NCBI GenBank assembly: GCA_035468285.1
Contig: DATISY010000007.1
Span: forward strand, 19,826 to 83,825
Reading direction: 5' to 3'
From: Acidimicrobiia bacterium
GTDB lineage: Bacteria > Actinomycetota > Acidimicrobiia > IMCC26256 > PALSA-555
DNA: 64,000 nt
The notes below the pieces were generated by a model. It was not told the DNA's origin, did no database searches, and saw only the letters and a program-made list of their open reading frames with translations. Position numbers and translations under genes: made by a program. Numbering within the stretch: position 1 is the first letter of the stretch; the number at the start of each line of letters is the position of its first letter. This document shows, piece after piece, positions 20,290 through 30,913 of this stretch.

Positions 20290-20706
20290 ATGCAGCGGCG
20301 CTACCGCGTCATCATCGCCAAACCCGGCCTCGACGGTCACGATCGCGGTGCGAAAGTGATCGCACGGGCGCTGCGCGACGCCGGGTTCGAGGTCATCTAC
20401 ACCGGCCTGTTCCAGACCCCTGACCAGGTGGCCGAGACCTGCCTGCAAGAAGACGCCGACGCGGTCGGACTCTCCGTGCTGTCCGGCGCCCATCTGACCC
20501 TCTTCCCCAAAGTCGTGAGCCTGCTGCGCGACCGGGGCCGTGACGATGTGCTGGTGTTCGGGGGCGGGATCATCCCCGGCGACGACGCCACGGCGCTCGA
20601 AGCGGCCGGCGTGGCTCGGCTGTTCACGCCGGGCGCCCCGCTCGAGGAGATCACGAGCTGGCTGGAGCAGGCGCTCGACGCTCGGGAGTCGCGGGTGGCC
20701 CCCTAG
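20290..20706 (+). CDS. Cobalamin-binding domain protein (methylmalonyl-CoA mutase C-terminal domain / small-subunit type)
   Basis: [18 protein letters not shown] contains the DxHxxG B12 His-ligand motif, followed by a Rossmann-like GLSVLSG...VFGGGIIP region. 138 aa. Confidence 0.8.
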   Translation: MQRRYRVIIAKPGLDGHDRGAKVIARALRDAGFEVIYTGLFQTPDQVAETCLQEDADAVGLSVLSGAHLTLFPKVVSLLRDRGRDDVLVFGGGIIPGDDATALEAAGVARLFTPGAPLEEITSWLEQALDARESRVAP

Positions 20707-20749
20707 GCCGAGCAGCGACCACACCGAATCCTTCTCGATCAGGAGCCGC

Positions 20750-21898
20750 ATGGATCTCTTCGAATACCAAGGCAAACAGCTCTTCGCGCGCTACGACATC
20801 CGCGTCTCTCCGGGCGCGGCGGCCCTCACTGTGGACGAGGCCGTCGCGGAGGCGGATCAGATCGGCTACCCAGTCGTCGTCAAGGCCCAGGTCCACGTCG
20901 GCGGGCGCGGCAAGGCCGGTGGGATCAAGCTCGCGGCGACGCCGGACGAGTGCCGCCGCCACGCCCAGGCCATCCTCGGCATGGACATCAAGGGCCACCG
21001 TGTCGAGCTGGTCTGGATCGAGCAGGCGAGCGACATCGCCCGCGAGTACTACGCCTCGTTCACCCTCGACCGGTCCGCGAAGACGCACCTCGGGATGCTC
21101 TCGGCGCAGGGCGGCGTGGAGATCGAAGAGGTCGCGGTGACGAACCCCGACGCCATCGCCCGCATCCACATCAACCCCGTGGACGGGCTGACCGCCAGCC
21201 AGTGCCAGGAGTGGGTCAACGCCGCCGGGCTGGACGACGACGCCCGAGCCGGGACGATCGACATCCTCACCAAGCTCTATCGCTGCTACGAGGACGCCGA
21301 CGCCGACCTCGTCGAGATCAACCCGCTGATCCTGACGACCGACGGAGTTGTCCGAGCCCTCGACGCCAAGGTGACGCTCGACGCCAACTCGGTGTTCCGC
21401 CACCCCGAGTACAAGGAGTACGAGGCCACCCAGCCGCGCGACGCCCGCGAGGAGGAGGCCTACGGCAAGGGCCTCCAGTACGTTGGGCTCGACGGTACCG
21501 TCGGCGTCATCGCCAACGGTGCCGGCCTCGCGATGAGCACCGTCGATGTCGTCAACGAGGTCGGCGGCAAGCCGGCGAACTTCCTCGACATCGGGGGTGG
21601 CGCCAACGCCGACGTGATGGCGGGCGCCCTCGAGGTCATCAACCACGACCCGAAGGTGAAGTCGATCTTCATCAACATCTTCGGTGGCATCACCAAGGGT
21701 GAAGAAGTCGCCAACGGCATCGTCCAGGCCCTCGAGCGCGTCGCGATCGATTCGCCGATCGTGATCCGCCTCGACGGCACCAACGCGGACGAAGGCCGGC
21801 GGATCCTCGAACCCCACCTCTCGGACAAGTTTCGGCTCGAACCGACCATGCTGGACGCGGCGCGCGCCGCGGTCGAGCTCGCCCGCGACGCAAGGTGA
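20750..21898 (+). CDS. sucC: Succinyl-CoA ligase (ADP-forming) beta subunit
   Basis: MDLFEYQGKQLF, VVKAQVHVGGRGKAGGIK and GGGANA motifs. Confidence 0.95.
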   Translation: MDLFEYQGKQLFARYDIRVSPGAAALTVDEAVAEADQIGYPVVVKAQVHVGGRGKAGGIKLAATPDECRRHAQAILGMDIKGHRVELVWIEQASDIAREYYASFTLDRSAKTHLGMLSAQGGVEIEEVAVTNPDAIARIHINPVDGLTASQCQEWVNAAGLDDDARAGTIDILTKLYRCYEDADADLVEINPLILTTDGVVRALDAKVTLDANSVFRHPEYKEYEATQPRDAREEEAYGKGLQYVGLDGTVGVIANGAGLAMSTVDVVNEVGGKPANFLDIGGGANADVMAGALEVINHDPKVKSIFINIFGGITKGEEVANGIVQALERVAIDSPIVIRLDGTNADEGRRILEPHLSDKFRLEPTMLDAARAAVELARDAR

Positions 21899-21905
21899 AC
21901 GACCA

Positions 21906-22790
21906 GTGAGCATCTTTGTCGACAAGAACACCAAAGTCGTCTACCAAGGACTGACCGGATCCCAAGGGCGGTTCTACGGCGTGCTGAACCGGGAGTACGG
22001 GACGAAGGTCGTCGCCGGCACCAACCCGAAGAAGGCCGGGACCGACGTCGACGGCATCCCCGTCTTCGCCACCGTCGGGGAGGCCGTCAAGGCAACGGGT
22101 GCCACCGCGTCATGCGTGTTCATCCCCGCCCCCGGCGTCAAGGCCGCCGTCGAAGACGCCGCCGAGGGTGGCGTCGAGTTCATCGTGGTGATCACCGAAG
22201 GCGTCCCTATGCACGACGAGGCCTGGTTCTACAACAAGCTGCGTCGCGACTACCCCAACGTCCGGCTGCTCGGCCCGAACTGCCCGGGGATCATCAGCCC
22301 GGGCCAGTGCAACATCGGCATCACCGCCGGCCACATCGCCAAAGCCGGGGGACCGGTCGGGATCGTGAGCCGCTCCGGGACCCTCACCTACCAGGCGCTG
22401 TACGAGCTCGAGCAGCAAGACATCGGCGTCACGACCTGCGTCGGGATCGGCGGTGACCCCGTCCCCGGCACCAGCTTCATCGACTGTCTCAGCGCCTTCG
22501 AAGCCGACTCGGCGACCAAAGCCGTCATGATGATCGGCGAGATCGGCGGGTCCGCCGAAGAGGAGGCCGCCCAGTACATCAAGGCCGAGATGACGAAGCC
22601 CGTCGTCGCCTACATCGCCGGCGTCAGCGCACCGCCGGGCAAGAAGATGGGGCACGCCGGCGCGATCGTCTCGGGTGGCAAAGGGACCGCGCAGGCCAAG
22701 ATGGACGCGCTGCGAGACGCGGGCGCCAAGGTCGGGTTGAACCCCACCGCGGCAGGCGCGCTGATGGTCGAAGTCGTCGCCGGCCTCTGA
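21906..22790 (+). CDS. sucD: Succinyl-CoA ligase alpha subunit
   Basis: VVYQGLTGSQG, NCPGII, SRSGTLTY and the phospho-His region GHAGAIVSGG. Confidence 0.95.
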   Translation: MSIFVDKNTKVVYQGLTGSQGRFYGVLNREYGTKVVAGTNPKKAGTDVDGIPVFATVGEAVKATGATASCVFIPAPGVKAAVEDAAEGGVEFIVVITEGVPMHDEAWFYNKLRRDYPNVRLLGPNCPGIISPGQCNIGITAGHIAKAGGPVGIVSRSGTLTYQALYELEQQDIGVTTCVGIGGDPVPGTSFIDCLSAFEADSATKAVMMIGEIGGSAEEEAAQYIKAEMTKPVVAYIAGVSAPPGKKMGHAGAIVSGGKGTAQAKMDALRDAGAKVGLNPTAAGALMVEVVAGL

Positions 22791-22815
22791 GCGGCGATCG
22801 CGTAGGCTCGCCATC

Positions 22816-23145
22816 GTGACCGCCACGCCCGCGCCACCCCCACCCCCGCCCCCGCCGCCGCCGCCGGTGGGCTGGGGCGCGAACCAGCAGGTCCAGCGTC
22901 AGACAACCAACGGGTTCGCCGTTGCAGCGCTGGTGCTCGGCATCGCGGTGCTGTGCACAGGAATCTTCGGCGGGATCCTCGCCGTCGTATTCGGGAACCT
23001 GGCATTGGCCCGCATCGACGAATCCCAGGGCGCCCAGAAGGGCCGCGGGATGGCGATCACCGGCATCGTGCTGGGCTGGATCGCGATCGGGCTCACCGCC
23101 GTCGCCGCCGCGGCGTGGCTCATCTACGGGATCAGCAACCTCTAG
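22816..23145 (+). CDS. DUF4190-like small membrane protein with a poly-Pro N-terminus
   Basis: A run of 11 Pro residues is followed by two TM helices with the ...GNLALARI...GRGMAITGIVLGWI pattern typical of DUF4190. Confidence 0.65.
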   Translation: MTATPAPPPPPPPPPPPVGWGANQQVQRQTTNGFAVAALVLGIAVLCTGIFGGILAVVFGNLALARIDESQGAQKGRGMAITGIVLGWIAIGLTAVAAAAWLIYGISNL

Positions 23146-23262
23146 TCGTCGGGCCCCCAGTCGTCCCATCGGGTGCCGCGTGCAACCGGCACGTCAGCAC
23201 CAGGGAACACGCCCGCAGCCCGATCGCGACCGACGCCGAGCACCCCGCCAAGCCTTGCGCAT

Positions 23263-23294
23263 GATCAGGCCCCCGCGGTGGCGGGGGCCTGATC
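23263..23294. terminator. Perfect GC-rich hairpin between convergent genes (putative bidirectional terminator)
   Basis: gatcaggcccccgc-ggtg-gcgggggcctgatc forms a 14-bp perfect stem. Confidence 0.6.
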
Positions 23295-23312
23295 GAGAGC
23301 GACGGGTCGAGC

Positions 23313-23798
23313 TCAGGCGGCCGGAGGCGTGCTCCTGCCCTGAGACTCCCGGAAGTTCAGGAACGAGCCGGCGACGAGGCCGGCGGTCGCGATGAGTCCG
23401 ACGAAGATCCCGAACTTGCGGTCCTTGCTGACACTGATCCCGGCGGGGACGCTGGGCAGGTTGGGACCGACGATGATCTTGATCAGGACCAACAGAAACG
23501 CGAGTCCCGCGAGGGCGAGCAGAATCTGCGCCATCGTGATCGACCCGAACTCACCCGGGATCTCGACCCCGACCGCTTTCAGGACGACATACGCCACGAG
23601 CGCGATGCCGATCAGGACCGCGATGAGCGTCAACGTGAAGCCCCAGGCATTATCGGCACCAGAGGCGCTGAAGCCCGGGATCCCCTTGGCGCCGACGCTC
23701 ACGGTTGCGCCAAGCCAGTCGAAGAACGAGAAGATGAACAGGACAATTCCGCTGATGCCGATGATCTGGTCGCCTCGGGTCAGCCTGTTGAGATCCAT
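23313..23798 (-). CDS. Hypothetical integral membrane protein (4 predicted TM helices)
   Basis: MDLNRLTRGDQIIGISGIVLFIFSFF... is hydrophobic and noticeably richer in Ile/Lys/Phe than its neighbours. The upstream part of the track ORF is antisense to purN. Confidence 0.55.
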   Translation of the reverse strand: MDLNRLTRGDQIIGISGIVLFIFSFFDWLGATVSVGAKGIPGFSASGADNAWGFTLTLIAVLIGIALVAYVVLKAVGVEIPGEFGSITMAQILLALAGLAFLLVLIKIIVGPNLPSVPAGISVSKDRKFGIFVGLIATAGLVAGSFLNFRESQGRSTPPAA

Positions 23799-23940
23799 GC
23801 AGATTCCTCCGAACAACGCGTCGCGGCAAGGGCTGCCCGGCGCCACCAGCAGTCGACCACGGCCACCCCGGGAAAGCAAGCATCCTCGCCGGGTGACGCA
23901 CCTCGACGAGGCGGTTGAACCCTCGACTACCTTCCTCTTT

Positions 23941-24504
23941 GTGCGGAGGTTGGGTGTGCTCGCGTCGGGGACCGGCACCATCCTCCAGTCCCTCCTCGAT
24001 TCCGGACTGCCCGTCGCGCTCGTGGTCGTCGACCGGCCCTGTGGGGCCACGGCACGCGCCGAGGCTGCGGGGGTCGCCGTCGAGCCCGTCGAGCGGACGT
24101 CGTTCGGACCCGAGTTCGATCGCGTCGCGTACACCCATCGGGTGGTCGACGCGCTCAAGCGCCACGAGGTCGACCTCGTCGCCATGGCTGGGTTCGGGAC
24201 GATCCTCGCCGAGCCCATGTACGAGGCGTTCGGTGACCGGGTCGTCAACACCCACCCGGCGCTCCTCCCGGCGTTCCGGGGGTGGCACGCCGTCGACGAC
24301 GCGCTCGCCGCGGGCGTGAAGGTCACCGGCTGGACCGCGCACGTCGCCACGCTCGAGGTGGACGACGGCCCGATCCTGGCCCAAGAGGCCGTGGCCGTCC
24401 TGCCCGACGACACGGTCGAGACGCTCCACGAGCGCATCAAGGAGGTCGAGCGCCGTCGCTACCCCGAGGTGCTCCGCGACCTGCTGGAGGAGGGCCCCTC
24501 GTGA
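23941..24504 (+). CDS. purN: Phosphoribosylglycinamide formyltransferase
   Basis: LGVLASGTGT, NTHPALLPAFRG and ...VDDGPILAQ motifs. GTG 23941, with alternatives at 23950 and 23956. Confidence 0.85.
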   Translation: MRRLGVLASGTGTILQSLLDSGLPVALVVVDRPCGATARAEAAGVAVEPVERTSFGPEFDRVAYTHRVVDALKRHEVDLVAMAGFGTILAEPMYEAFGDRVVNTHPALLPAFRGWHAVDDALAAGVKVTGWTAHVATLEVDDGPILAQEAVAVLPDDTVETLHERIKEVERRRYPEVLRDLLEEGPS

Positions 24505-26009
24505 GGCGACGGGCGCTCGTGTCGGTGTACGACAAGACCGGGGTGGTCGACTTCGCCCGTGGGCTCCGCGAGCTCGGCTACGAGCTGGTGTCGTCCGGCG
24601 GGACCGCGACCGCGCTGGCGGCCGCCGGGCTGGAGGTGACCACGGTCGAGTCGGTGACCGAAGCTCCGGAGATGCTCGACGGTCGGGTCAAGACCCTCCA
24701 CCCGAGCGTCCATGGCGGACTGCTCGCGGACCTGGGCAACGAGCAGCATGTCGCGGACCTCGACCAGCAGTCGATCGAGCCCTTCCAGCTCGTCGTCAGC
24801 AACCTCTACCCGTTCCTGACGGAGCCCGGGATCGAGATGATCGACATCGGCGGCCCCGCCATGGTGCGAGCCGCGGCGAAGAACCACGCCTGGGTCGGAG
24901 TGGTGTCGGCTCCGGGACAGTACGACGAGGTGCTTGCCGAGCTCCGCGCCCACGGCGGAGCCCTCACTGAGGAGACGCGTCGTCGTCTGGCGCGCGAGGC
25001 GTTCGCGCGCACCGCGGCGTACGACGCGGCGATCGTGGCATGGCTCGAAGGTGACGACACCATCCCCGAACACCTGGTCCTCGCCCTCGAACGCACGAAC
25101 GACCAGCTGCGGTACGGCGAGAACCCGCACCAGCAGGCCGCCCGCTACCGCGCGGCGGGGACCACCTCATGGTGGGACGACGTCCAACAGCACAGCGGCC
25201 TGGCGCTCTCGTACCTGAACTTCTACGACGCGGACGCGGCGTGGCGGACCGTCCACGACCTCGGAGACGACCCGACGTGCGCCATCATCAAGCACGCCAA
25301 CCCGTGCGGCGCTGCGGTCGCCCATGACCTCGCCGACGCGTACCAGCGGGCCCTCGAGTGCGACGAGCAATCCGCGTTCGGCGGCGTCGTCGCCGTGAAC
25401 CGGCCCGTCGACACCGCAACCGTGGAGCGCATGGTCGACGGCCCTCAAGCTGACGTCGTCATCGCGCCCGGGTACTCGCCCGGCGCCGTTGACGCACTCA
25501 TCGCCAAACGCAGGAACACACGGCTCCTCGAAGCGTCACCGCCCGGCCCCTGGTCTCGAGACTTCCGTCAGATCTCCGGCGGGTTCCTCGTCCAGGACCC
25601 GCACCACTTCGTGGCGCACCGCGACTCGTGGCGAGTCGTCACCCAAGCCGCACCGAACGAGGCGCAGTGGCGTGACGCCGCGCTGGCGTGGCGGCTCTGC
25701 GGGCACGTGAAGTCGAACGCGATCGTCCTCGTGAAGGACGGCCAGGCGGTCGGCATCGGCGCGGGTCAGCAGAAGCGAGTCGATTCGGGAGAGATCGCGG
25801 CCCGCAAGGCCGCCGGTCGCGCCGCGGGCGGCGCGTGCGCCAGCGATGCCTTCTACCCGTTCCCGGATGGTATCGACGCCGCCGCCGGGGCCGGCGCCGC
25901 AGTGGTCATCCAGCCCGGAGGCAGCATGAACGACGACCGGATCATCGAACGAGCCGACGAGCTCGGCCTGGCCATGGTGTTCACCGGCGAACGCCACTTC
26001 CTCCACTGA
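24501..26009 (+). CDS. purH: Bifunctional AICAR transformylase / IMP cyclohydrolase
   Basis: [24 protein letters not shown] and [10 protein letters not shown]-terminus. The GTG overlaps the purN stop. Confidence 0.9.
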   Translation: MRRRALVSVYDKTGVVDFARGLRELGYELVSSGGTATALAAAGLEVTTVESVTEAPEMLDGRVKTLHPSVHGGLLADLGNEQHVADLDQQSIEPFQLVVSNLYPFLTEPGIEMIDIGGPAMVRAAAKNHAWVGVVSAPGQYDEVLAELRAHGGALTEETRRRLAREAFARTAAYDAAIVAWLEGDDTIPEHLVLALERTNDQLRYGENPHQQAARYRAAGTTSWWDDVQQHSGLALSYLNFYDADAAWRTVHDLGDDPTCAIIKHANPCGAAVAHDLADAYQRALECDEQSAFGGVVAVNRPVDTATVERMVDGPQADVVIAPGYSPGAVDALIAKRRNTRLLEASPPGPWSRDFRQISGGFLVQDPHHFVAHRDSWRVVTQAAPNEAQWRDAALAWRLCGHVKSNAIVLVKDGQAVGIGAGQQKRVDSGEIAARKAAGRAAGGACASDAFYPFPDGIDAAAGAGAAVVIQPGGSMNDDRIIERADELGLAMVFTGERHFLH

Positions 26010-26869
26010 TGACGGCTCGCCTCATGCCCGGCGCGCCCGTCGCCGACGCTGTCTTCGCCGACCTCGCACCCCGAATCCGCGCCGTCGTCGCCGGCGGCCA
26101 TCAACCGGGGCTCGGCACCATCCTCGTCGGCGAGGAGTCAGCCAGTGTCGGGTATGTCCGCATCAAGCATCAGAAGGCCGAGGAGATCGGCTGCGCGTCA
26201 CCGCACATCCAGCTCCCCGATGACGCCACCCAAGCGGACCTGGTCGCAGCCATCCGCTCCTTCAACGACGACCCGGCGGTCGACGCCATGCTCGTCCAGC
26301 ACCCCACGCCGCCCCAGATCGACTACGAAGCGGCACTCCTCGAGATGGACCCGGACAAGGACGCCGACGGGCTCCACCCGGTCAACATGGGCCGCCTCGC
26401 GCTGTCCATGGCCGGCCCCGTCCCGTGCACCCCCGCCGGAATCGAGGCCCTCCTCGCCCACTACGAGATCCCCATCGCCGGGCGGGAGGTCTGCATCCTC
26501 GGCCGCGGGGTCACGCTGGGGCGACCCCTCGCCATGCTGCTCTCCCAGAAGCGACCCACGGCCAACGCCGCCGTGACGGTCGTGCACACCGGCGTCTCGG
26601 ACTGGCCCCGCTACACCCAACGGGCCGAGGTCGTCATCGCCGCCGCCGGCGTCCCCGGGATCCTCCAGCCCGAGCACCTCACCCCCGGCGTCGTCGTCGT
26701 CGGGGGCGGGGTCCGGTACGAGGGCCGCAAGCTCCTCCCAGACGTCGACGAGCGCTGCGCCGAGGTGGCCGCCGCCATCACCCCCCGGGTGGGTGGCGTG
26801 GGACCCACCACAATCGCGATGCTGTTCCGGAACATGGTGGAGGCGGCTGAGAGGAGCAGGGCGGGGTGA
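26009..26869 (+). CDS. folD: Bifunctional methylenetetrahydrofolate dehydrogenase / cyclohydrolase
   Basis: [16 protein letters not shown]-type motif, DGLHPVN, CTPAG and [16 protein letters not shown] overlap with purH. Confidence 0.9.
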   Translation: MTARLMPGAPVADAVFADLAPRIRAVVAGGHQPGLGTILVGEESASVGYVRIKHQKAEEIGCASPHIQLPDDATQADLVAAIRSFNDDPAVDAMLVQHPTPPQIDYEAALLEMDPDKDADGLHPVNMGRLALSMAGPVPCTPAGIEALLAHYEIPIAGREVCILGRGVTLGRPLAMLLSQKRPTANAAVTVVHTGVSDWPRYTQRAEVVIAAAGVPGILQPEHLTPGVVVVGGGVRYEGRKLLPDVDERCAEVAAAITPRVGGVGPTTIAMLFRNMVEAAERSRAG

Positions 26870-27087
26870 GCAGCGAGCCGACACCGGCCGCGACCCCGGA
26901 CGCGGAGTGCCCCTTGTGTGCCACGCCTGTCGCCTGGCAGGCCAAACGGTGCCCGGAGTGTGGCTGGTCGCTCGCCGGCGTCAACGGCCGTCCCGGTCCG
27001 TACTCGAAAGCTGCGCTGTGGTGGACTGGCGGCGGCTTTCTCGCGGTCTACCTCATCACCTTGGCGATCGTCGCCTTGACGCACTGA
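26866..27087 (+). CDS. Small zinc-ribbon plus single-TM protein
   Basis: CPLC-x12-CPEC zinc-ribbon followed by [24 protein letters not shown] overlap with the folD stop. Confidence 0.5.
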   Translation: MSSEPTPAATPDAECPLCATPVAWQAKRCPECGWSLAGVNGRPGPYSKAALWWTGGGFLAVYLITLAIVALTH

Positions 27088-27121
27088 CCCGCGTCGACCC
27101 CCCGAAGCGAGCAGGAGTCCC

Positions 27122-28324
27122 ATGGCCGAACTGATCACGATGGTGGACGGCACCTTGACTGTCCCGGACGAACCGATCATCCCGTTCATCGAGGGCGACG
27201 GCACCGGCGTCGACATCTGGCCCGCCGCGAAGCGGGTCCTCGACGCCGCCATCGAGAAGTCCTACCAAGGTCGCCGCCGCGTGGCGTGGACCGAGGTGCT
27301 CGCCGGCGAGAAGGCGTTCCGCGAGACCGGCAGCTGGCTTCCCGACGAGACCGTGGAATCGTTCCGCGAGCACCTCATCGGCATCAAGGGCCCGCTGACG
27401 ACCCCAGTTGGCGGCGGAATCCGCTCCCTGAACGTCGCCTTGCGCCAGATCCTCGACCTTTACGTGTGTCTCCGCCCGGTCCAGTACTACCCCGGGGTCC
27501 CATCGCCGGTGAAGCGCCCCGAGCTGGTCGACATGGTCATCTTCCGGGAGAACACCGAAGACATCTACGCCGGCCTCGAGGTCGAAGAAGGCACCCCCGA
27601 GGCCAAGAAGCTCATCGAGGTCTTCAAACGAGAGCTCAACTGGACCATCCGTGAGGACTCGGGGATCGGGATCAAACCGATCTCGGTCACCGGCTCGAAA
27701 CGGCTCATCCGCGCTGCGATCCAGTACGCGGTCAAGCAACACCGGGCCAGCGTCACCCTCGTCCACAAGGGCAACATCCAGAAGTTCACCGAGGGTGCGT
27801 TCCGGAACTGGGGCTATGAGCTCGTCCGCGAGGAGTTCGCCGACGTCGCCGTGGGATGGGACGACTGCAACGGCGACCCCGGCAACAAGGTCCTCGTCAA
27901 GGACAACATCGCCGACATCACCCTGCAGCAGGTGCTGACACGCCCCGACGACTTCGACGTCATCGCGACCACGAACCTCAACGGGGACTACCTCTCCGAC
28001 GCGCTCGCCGCGCAGGTCGGAGGGATCGGGATCGCCCCCGGCGGCAACATCAACTACGTCACCGGCCACGGCATCTTCGAGGCGACGCACGGGACCGCCC
28101 CCAAATACGCGGGGCAGGACAAAGTCAACCCATCCTCGGTGCTGCTCTCGGGCGTCATGATGCTCGAGCACCTCGGGTGGGACGAGCCCGCCACCCTGAT
28201 CACCAAAGCGTTCGAAGCCACCATCTCGGACAAGGTCGTGACCTACGACTTCGCCCGGCTGATGGACGGCGCCCACGAGGTCAAGACCTCGGAGTTCGCC
28301 GAAGCCGTCGTCGATCACATGTGA
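27122..28324 (+). CDS. icd: Isocitrate dehydrogenase (NADP-dependent, homodimeric type)
   Basis: [38 protein letters not shown] and HGTAPKYAG motifs. Confidence 0.95.
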   Translation: MAELITMVDGTLTVPDEPIIPFIEGDGTGVDIWPAAKRVLDAAIEKSYQGRRRVAWTEVLAGEKAFRETGSWLPDETVESFREHLIGIKGPLTTPVGGGIRSLNVALRQILDLYVCLRPVQYYPGVPSPVKRPELVDMVIFRENTEDIYAGLEVEEGTPEAKKLIEVFKRELNWTIREDSGIGIKPISVTGSKRLIRAAIQYAVKQHRASVTLVHKGNIQKFTEGAFRNWGYELVREEFADVAVGWDDCNGDPGNKVLVKDNIADITLQQVLTRPDDFDVIATTNLNGDYLSDALAAQVGGIGIAPGGNINYVTGHGIFEATHGTAPKYAGQDKVNPSSVLLSGVMMLEHLGWDEPATLITKAFEATISDKVVTYDFARLMDGAHEVKTSEFAEAVVDHM

Positions 28325-28382
28325 CCGCTCGAATGGAGCGGGCCCGCCGACCGTCCTCATCCAAACCGCGGCCCGACGCCGA

Positions 28383-29207
28383 ATGGTGGGAGAGGAGGCA
28401 CGCGTGCTGCTCGCCGAGCTGAACATCCGCCACAGTCGCCGTCATCAGCCCACCCGCCGGGTCGCGCTCGGGGACACGTACCTCCCCACCAGCGGCGCCG
28501 CGTTCGGCGCGGTCCTCCTCGGGGCCGTCGTCGCCGAGCACCTCGACGACCTCGACGAGGACCAGCGTGAGCTCCTCCCCCGACTCCTCCACGACGCCCG
28601 CGACGGTCTGGGGGTGCCGCGCATCGCGCTCCGCTACCGGCTCCAGACCGACACGCACGGCCTGGACCGCTCCCGTCACCGGATCATCAGCGAATCGCCC
28701 GGCTCGAACGACCGGCCTGCGGCGTTGATCCTCGAGTTCGACGAGCACGCCGCCGGCGCCCCCCAGCTGATCGGCGCCGTGATGGCAGCCGCCGCCCTCC
28801 CCTCGTCGGCCCGGCAGGTCGCGCTCCGAGCGATCGAATCGTCGGTCATGCGACCCGTGCTCCCCGAGGGGCTCACCGTCCGGCGCCTCGCGGAGGGCGT
28901 CCCCGGTCTCCAGCCCTTCGCGCCCCTGCGGGGCGCGGAGGAGCCCGACACCGACGCGCTGTGGCGCGGCGTGCCCGCGGAGCGCCGCTGGGCGATGGAG
29001 GTCCTCGGGATGCGGGCCGGGATGCCCCTCGGTCGTACCGATGTCCAGGCTCGCTTCCGGCGGCTGGTTCGCTTGGCGCACCCCGACCAGGGAGGCGCTC
29101 GGGACGGGGCCGCCGAGCGACTCGCCGAGCTGCGCGAGGCCCGGGAGCTCCTCCTCTCGCTCGTGCGGACCAGACCAGACTCGGCCGAAGCGCAGCGCAC
29201 CGGGTAG
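28383..29207 (+). CDS. Hypothetical protein with a C-terminal J-domain
   Basis: The C-terminal 60 aa, AMEVLGM...[19 protein letters not shown]...[11 protein letters not shown], carry the DnaJ J-domain pattern including HPD. The N-terminal 200 aa or so are unrecognised. The start may be GTG 28404. Confidence 0.6.
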   Translation: MVGEEARVLLAELNIRHSRRHQPTRRVALGDTYLPTSGAAFGAVLLGAVVAEHLDDLDEDQRELLPRLLHDARDGLGVPRIALRYRLQTDTHGLDRSRHRIISESPGSNDRPAALILEFDEHAAGAPQLIGAVMAAAALPSSARQVALRAIESSVMRPVLPEGLTVRRLAEGVPGLQPFAPLRGAEEPDTDALWRGVPAERRWAMEVLGMRAGMPLGRTDVQARFRRLVRLAHPDQGGARDGAAERLAELREARELLLSLVRTRPDSAEAQRTG

Positions 29208-29218
29208 GTTCCCGAGCC

Positions 29219-30205
29219 ATGCCGAACCCACCCGTCCATGTCGCGGTCACCGGGGCCGCAGGCCAGATCGGCTACGCCCTAGTGCACCGCATCGCGGCCG
29301 GGGAGCTCCTCGGCCCGGAGCAACCGGTCGTGCTGCGCCTCCTCGAGATCGAGCCCGCCATGAAGGCGCTCGATGGGCTCGTGATGGAGCTCGAGGACGG
29401 CGCCCACGCGCTGCTCGAAGGCATCGAGGCCACCTCCGATGTCAACCACGCGTTCAACGGCGCGTCGTGGTGCCTGCTCGTCGGGTCCGTTCCCCGCAAG
29501 GCCGGGATGGAACGGCGCGACCTCCTGTCCATCAACGGTGGGATCTTCGGGCCCCAGGGGCGTGCGATCAACGCCCACGCGGCGCCGGACGTGCGGGTGC
29601 TCGTCGTCGGGAATCCCTGCAACACCAACTGCCTCATCGCCCGGTCGAACGCGCCTGACGTTCCCGACGACCGGTGGTTCGCCATGATGCGCCTCGATGA
29701 GAACCGGGCCAAGTCCCAGCTCGCCAAGAAGGCCGGCGTGCCGACCCGCGCCGTGACGAACATGGCGATCTGGGGCAACCACTCCGCCACCCAGTTCCCC
29801 GACTGCTTCCACGCCCGAATCGACGGTCGCCACGTCCCCGAGGTGATCACGGATCACGACTGGTTGCGGGGCCCGTTCATGGACACCGTGCAGAAGCGTG
29901 GCGCCGCCGTGATCGAGGCCCGAGGTGCGTCGTCCGCCGCGTCTGCCGCGCACGCCGCGATCGAATCCGTCAAGAGCATCTGGCAGCCCACCCCCGAGGG
30001 TGACTGGCACTCGCTGGCCGTCGTCAGCCACGACGAGTACGGCGTTCCCGAAGGCCTTCAGTTCGGGTTCCCCGTCCGAAGCGACGGGACCTCCTGGACC
30101 ATCGTCGAGAGAATCCAGCACGACGACTTCGCCAGCGAGCGGATCACTGCCACCACCAACGAGCTCCTCGAGGAGCGGCACGAGGTGCTCGAGCTGCTCG
30201 GCTGA
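29219..30205 (+). CDS. mdh: Malate dehydrogenase
   Basis: [28 protein letters not shown] and IWGNHS motifs. 328 aa. Confidence 0.95.
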   Translation: MPNPPVHVAVTGAAGQIGYALVHRIAAGELLGPEQPVVLRLLEIEPAMKALDGLVMELEDGAHALLEGIEATSDVNHAFNGASWCLLVGSVPRKAGMERRDLLSINGGIFGPQGRAINAHAAPDVRVLVVGNPCNTNCLIARSNAPDVPDDRWFAMMRLDENRAKSQLAKKAGVPTRAVTNMAIWGNHSATQFPDCFHARIDGRHVPEVITDHDWLRGPFMDTVQKRGAAVIEARGASSAASAAHAAIESVKSIWQPTPEGDWHSLAVVSHDEYGVPEGLQFGFPVRSDGTSWTIVERIQHDDFASERITATTNELLEERHEVLELLG

Positions 30206-30250
30206 GCCAGGATCCGCCACCCTTGTCGGGCGGCGGGTCACGATGAGGTC

Positions 30251-30907
30251 GTGGCGTTGACCGACGGTGACGAGCACGGGCGGGGTCTCGATCGTTCCGT
30301 GAGCTTCAGCGACGCGGTCTTCGCGATCGCCATCACGCTGCTGGTCCTGAGCTTTCGGCTGCCCAACGTTCCGTCCCATGGCGCCGACGCGCGCTTGCTG
30401 GACGACTTGATGGACGAGTCTGGAACCTTCTTCGGCTTCGCGGTGAGCTTCTACGTGATCGCCCGATACTGGATGACCCACCATCGGCTTTCGATCCTGT
30501 TGCGCCAGGTCGACTCGACATTCGTCGGATTGAACCTCGTGCTGCTGGCCTCTGTCGTGTTCCTGCCGTTCCCGACCGAGGTCATGGGCAACTACGGCAA
30601 CACCCGGACGGCGGTCGTGTTCTACGGGCTGGCGATGACGGTCACCGGGCTGCTCTCGACGTGCGTGTGGCAGTACGCGTCGGTGCGGGGTCTGATGGAC
30701 CCGCGCGTGACGCCAGAATGGCGGCGCGCCGTCTTGATCCGCGGGTTGTCCGTTCCCGCCGTGTTCGCCTCGTCGGTCGCCATCGCGTTCGTGAGTCCCA
30801 CCGTCGCCCCGTACTGGTGGCTCCTGCTGGTGTTGCAACGGCCCGTGTTCCGGCGACTGCTTCCTGGTCTGGACGATCCCTTTGGGTCCCCGGCCCGCAA
30901 CGGGTGA
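30251..30907 (+). CDS. TMEM175 (DUF1211) family potassium channel
   Basis: Signature R..SFSDAVFAIAITLLVL in TM1. Six hydrophobic segments. Confidence 0.75.
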   Translation: MALTDGDEHGRGLDRSVSFSDAVFAIAITLLVLSFRLPNVPSHGADARLLDDLMDESGTFFGFAVSFYVIARYWMTHHRLSILLRQVDSTFVGLNLVLLASVVFLPFPTEVMGNYGNTRTAVVFYGLAMTVTGLLSTCVWQYASVRGLMDPRVTPEWRRAVLIRGLSVPAVFASSVAIAFVSPTVAPYWWLLLVLQRPVFRRLLPGLDDPFGSPARNG

Positions 30908-30913
30908 ACCCGT

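Noticed and set aside
22825-22872. Repetitive ccc/ccg/gcc run that looks like a tandem repeat.
   Set aside because: It is in frame within the DUF4190-like gene and simply encodes a poly-Pro tract. It is not a CRISPR array or a non-coding repeat.
23799-23940. Possible ZTP (pfl) riboswitch upstream of purN-purH-folD.
   Set aside because: The ZTP core elements as I recall them (GACUGGCG, ACCGGGGAG, CCGCCUGGGC) are absent. There are only loose resemblances (ccaccccgggaaag, cgccgggtg). An Infernal scan would be needed to be certain.
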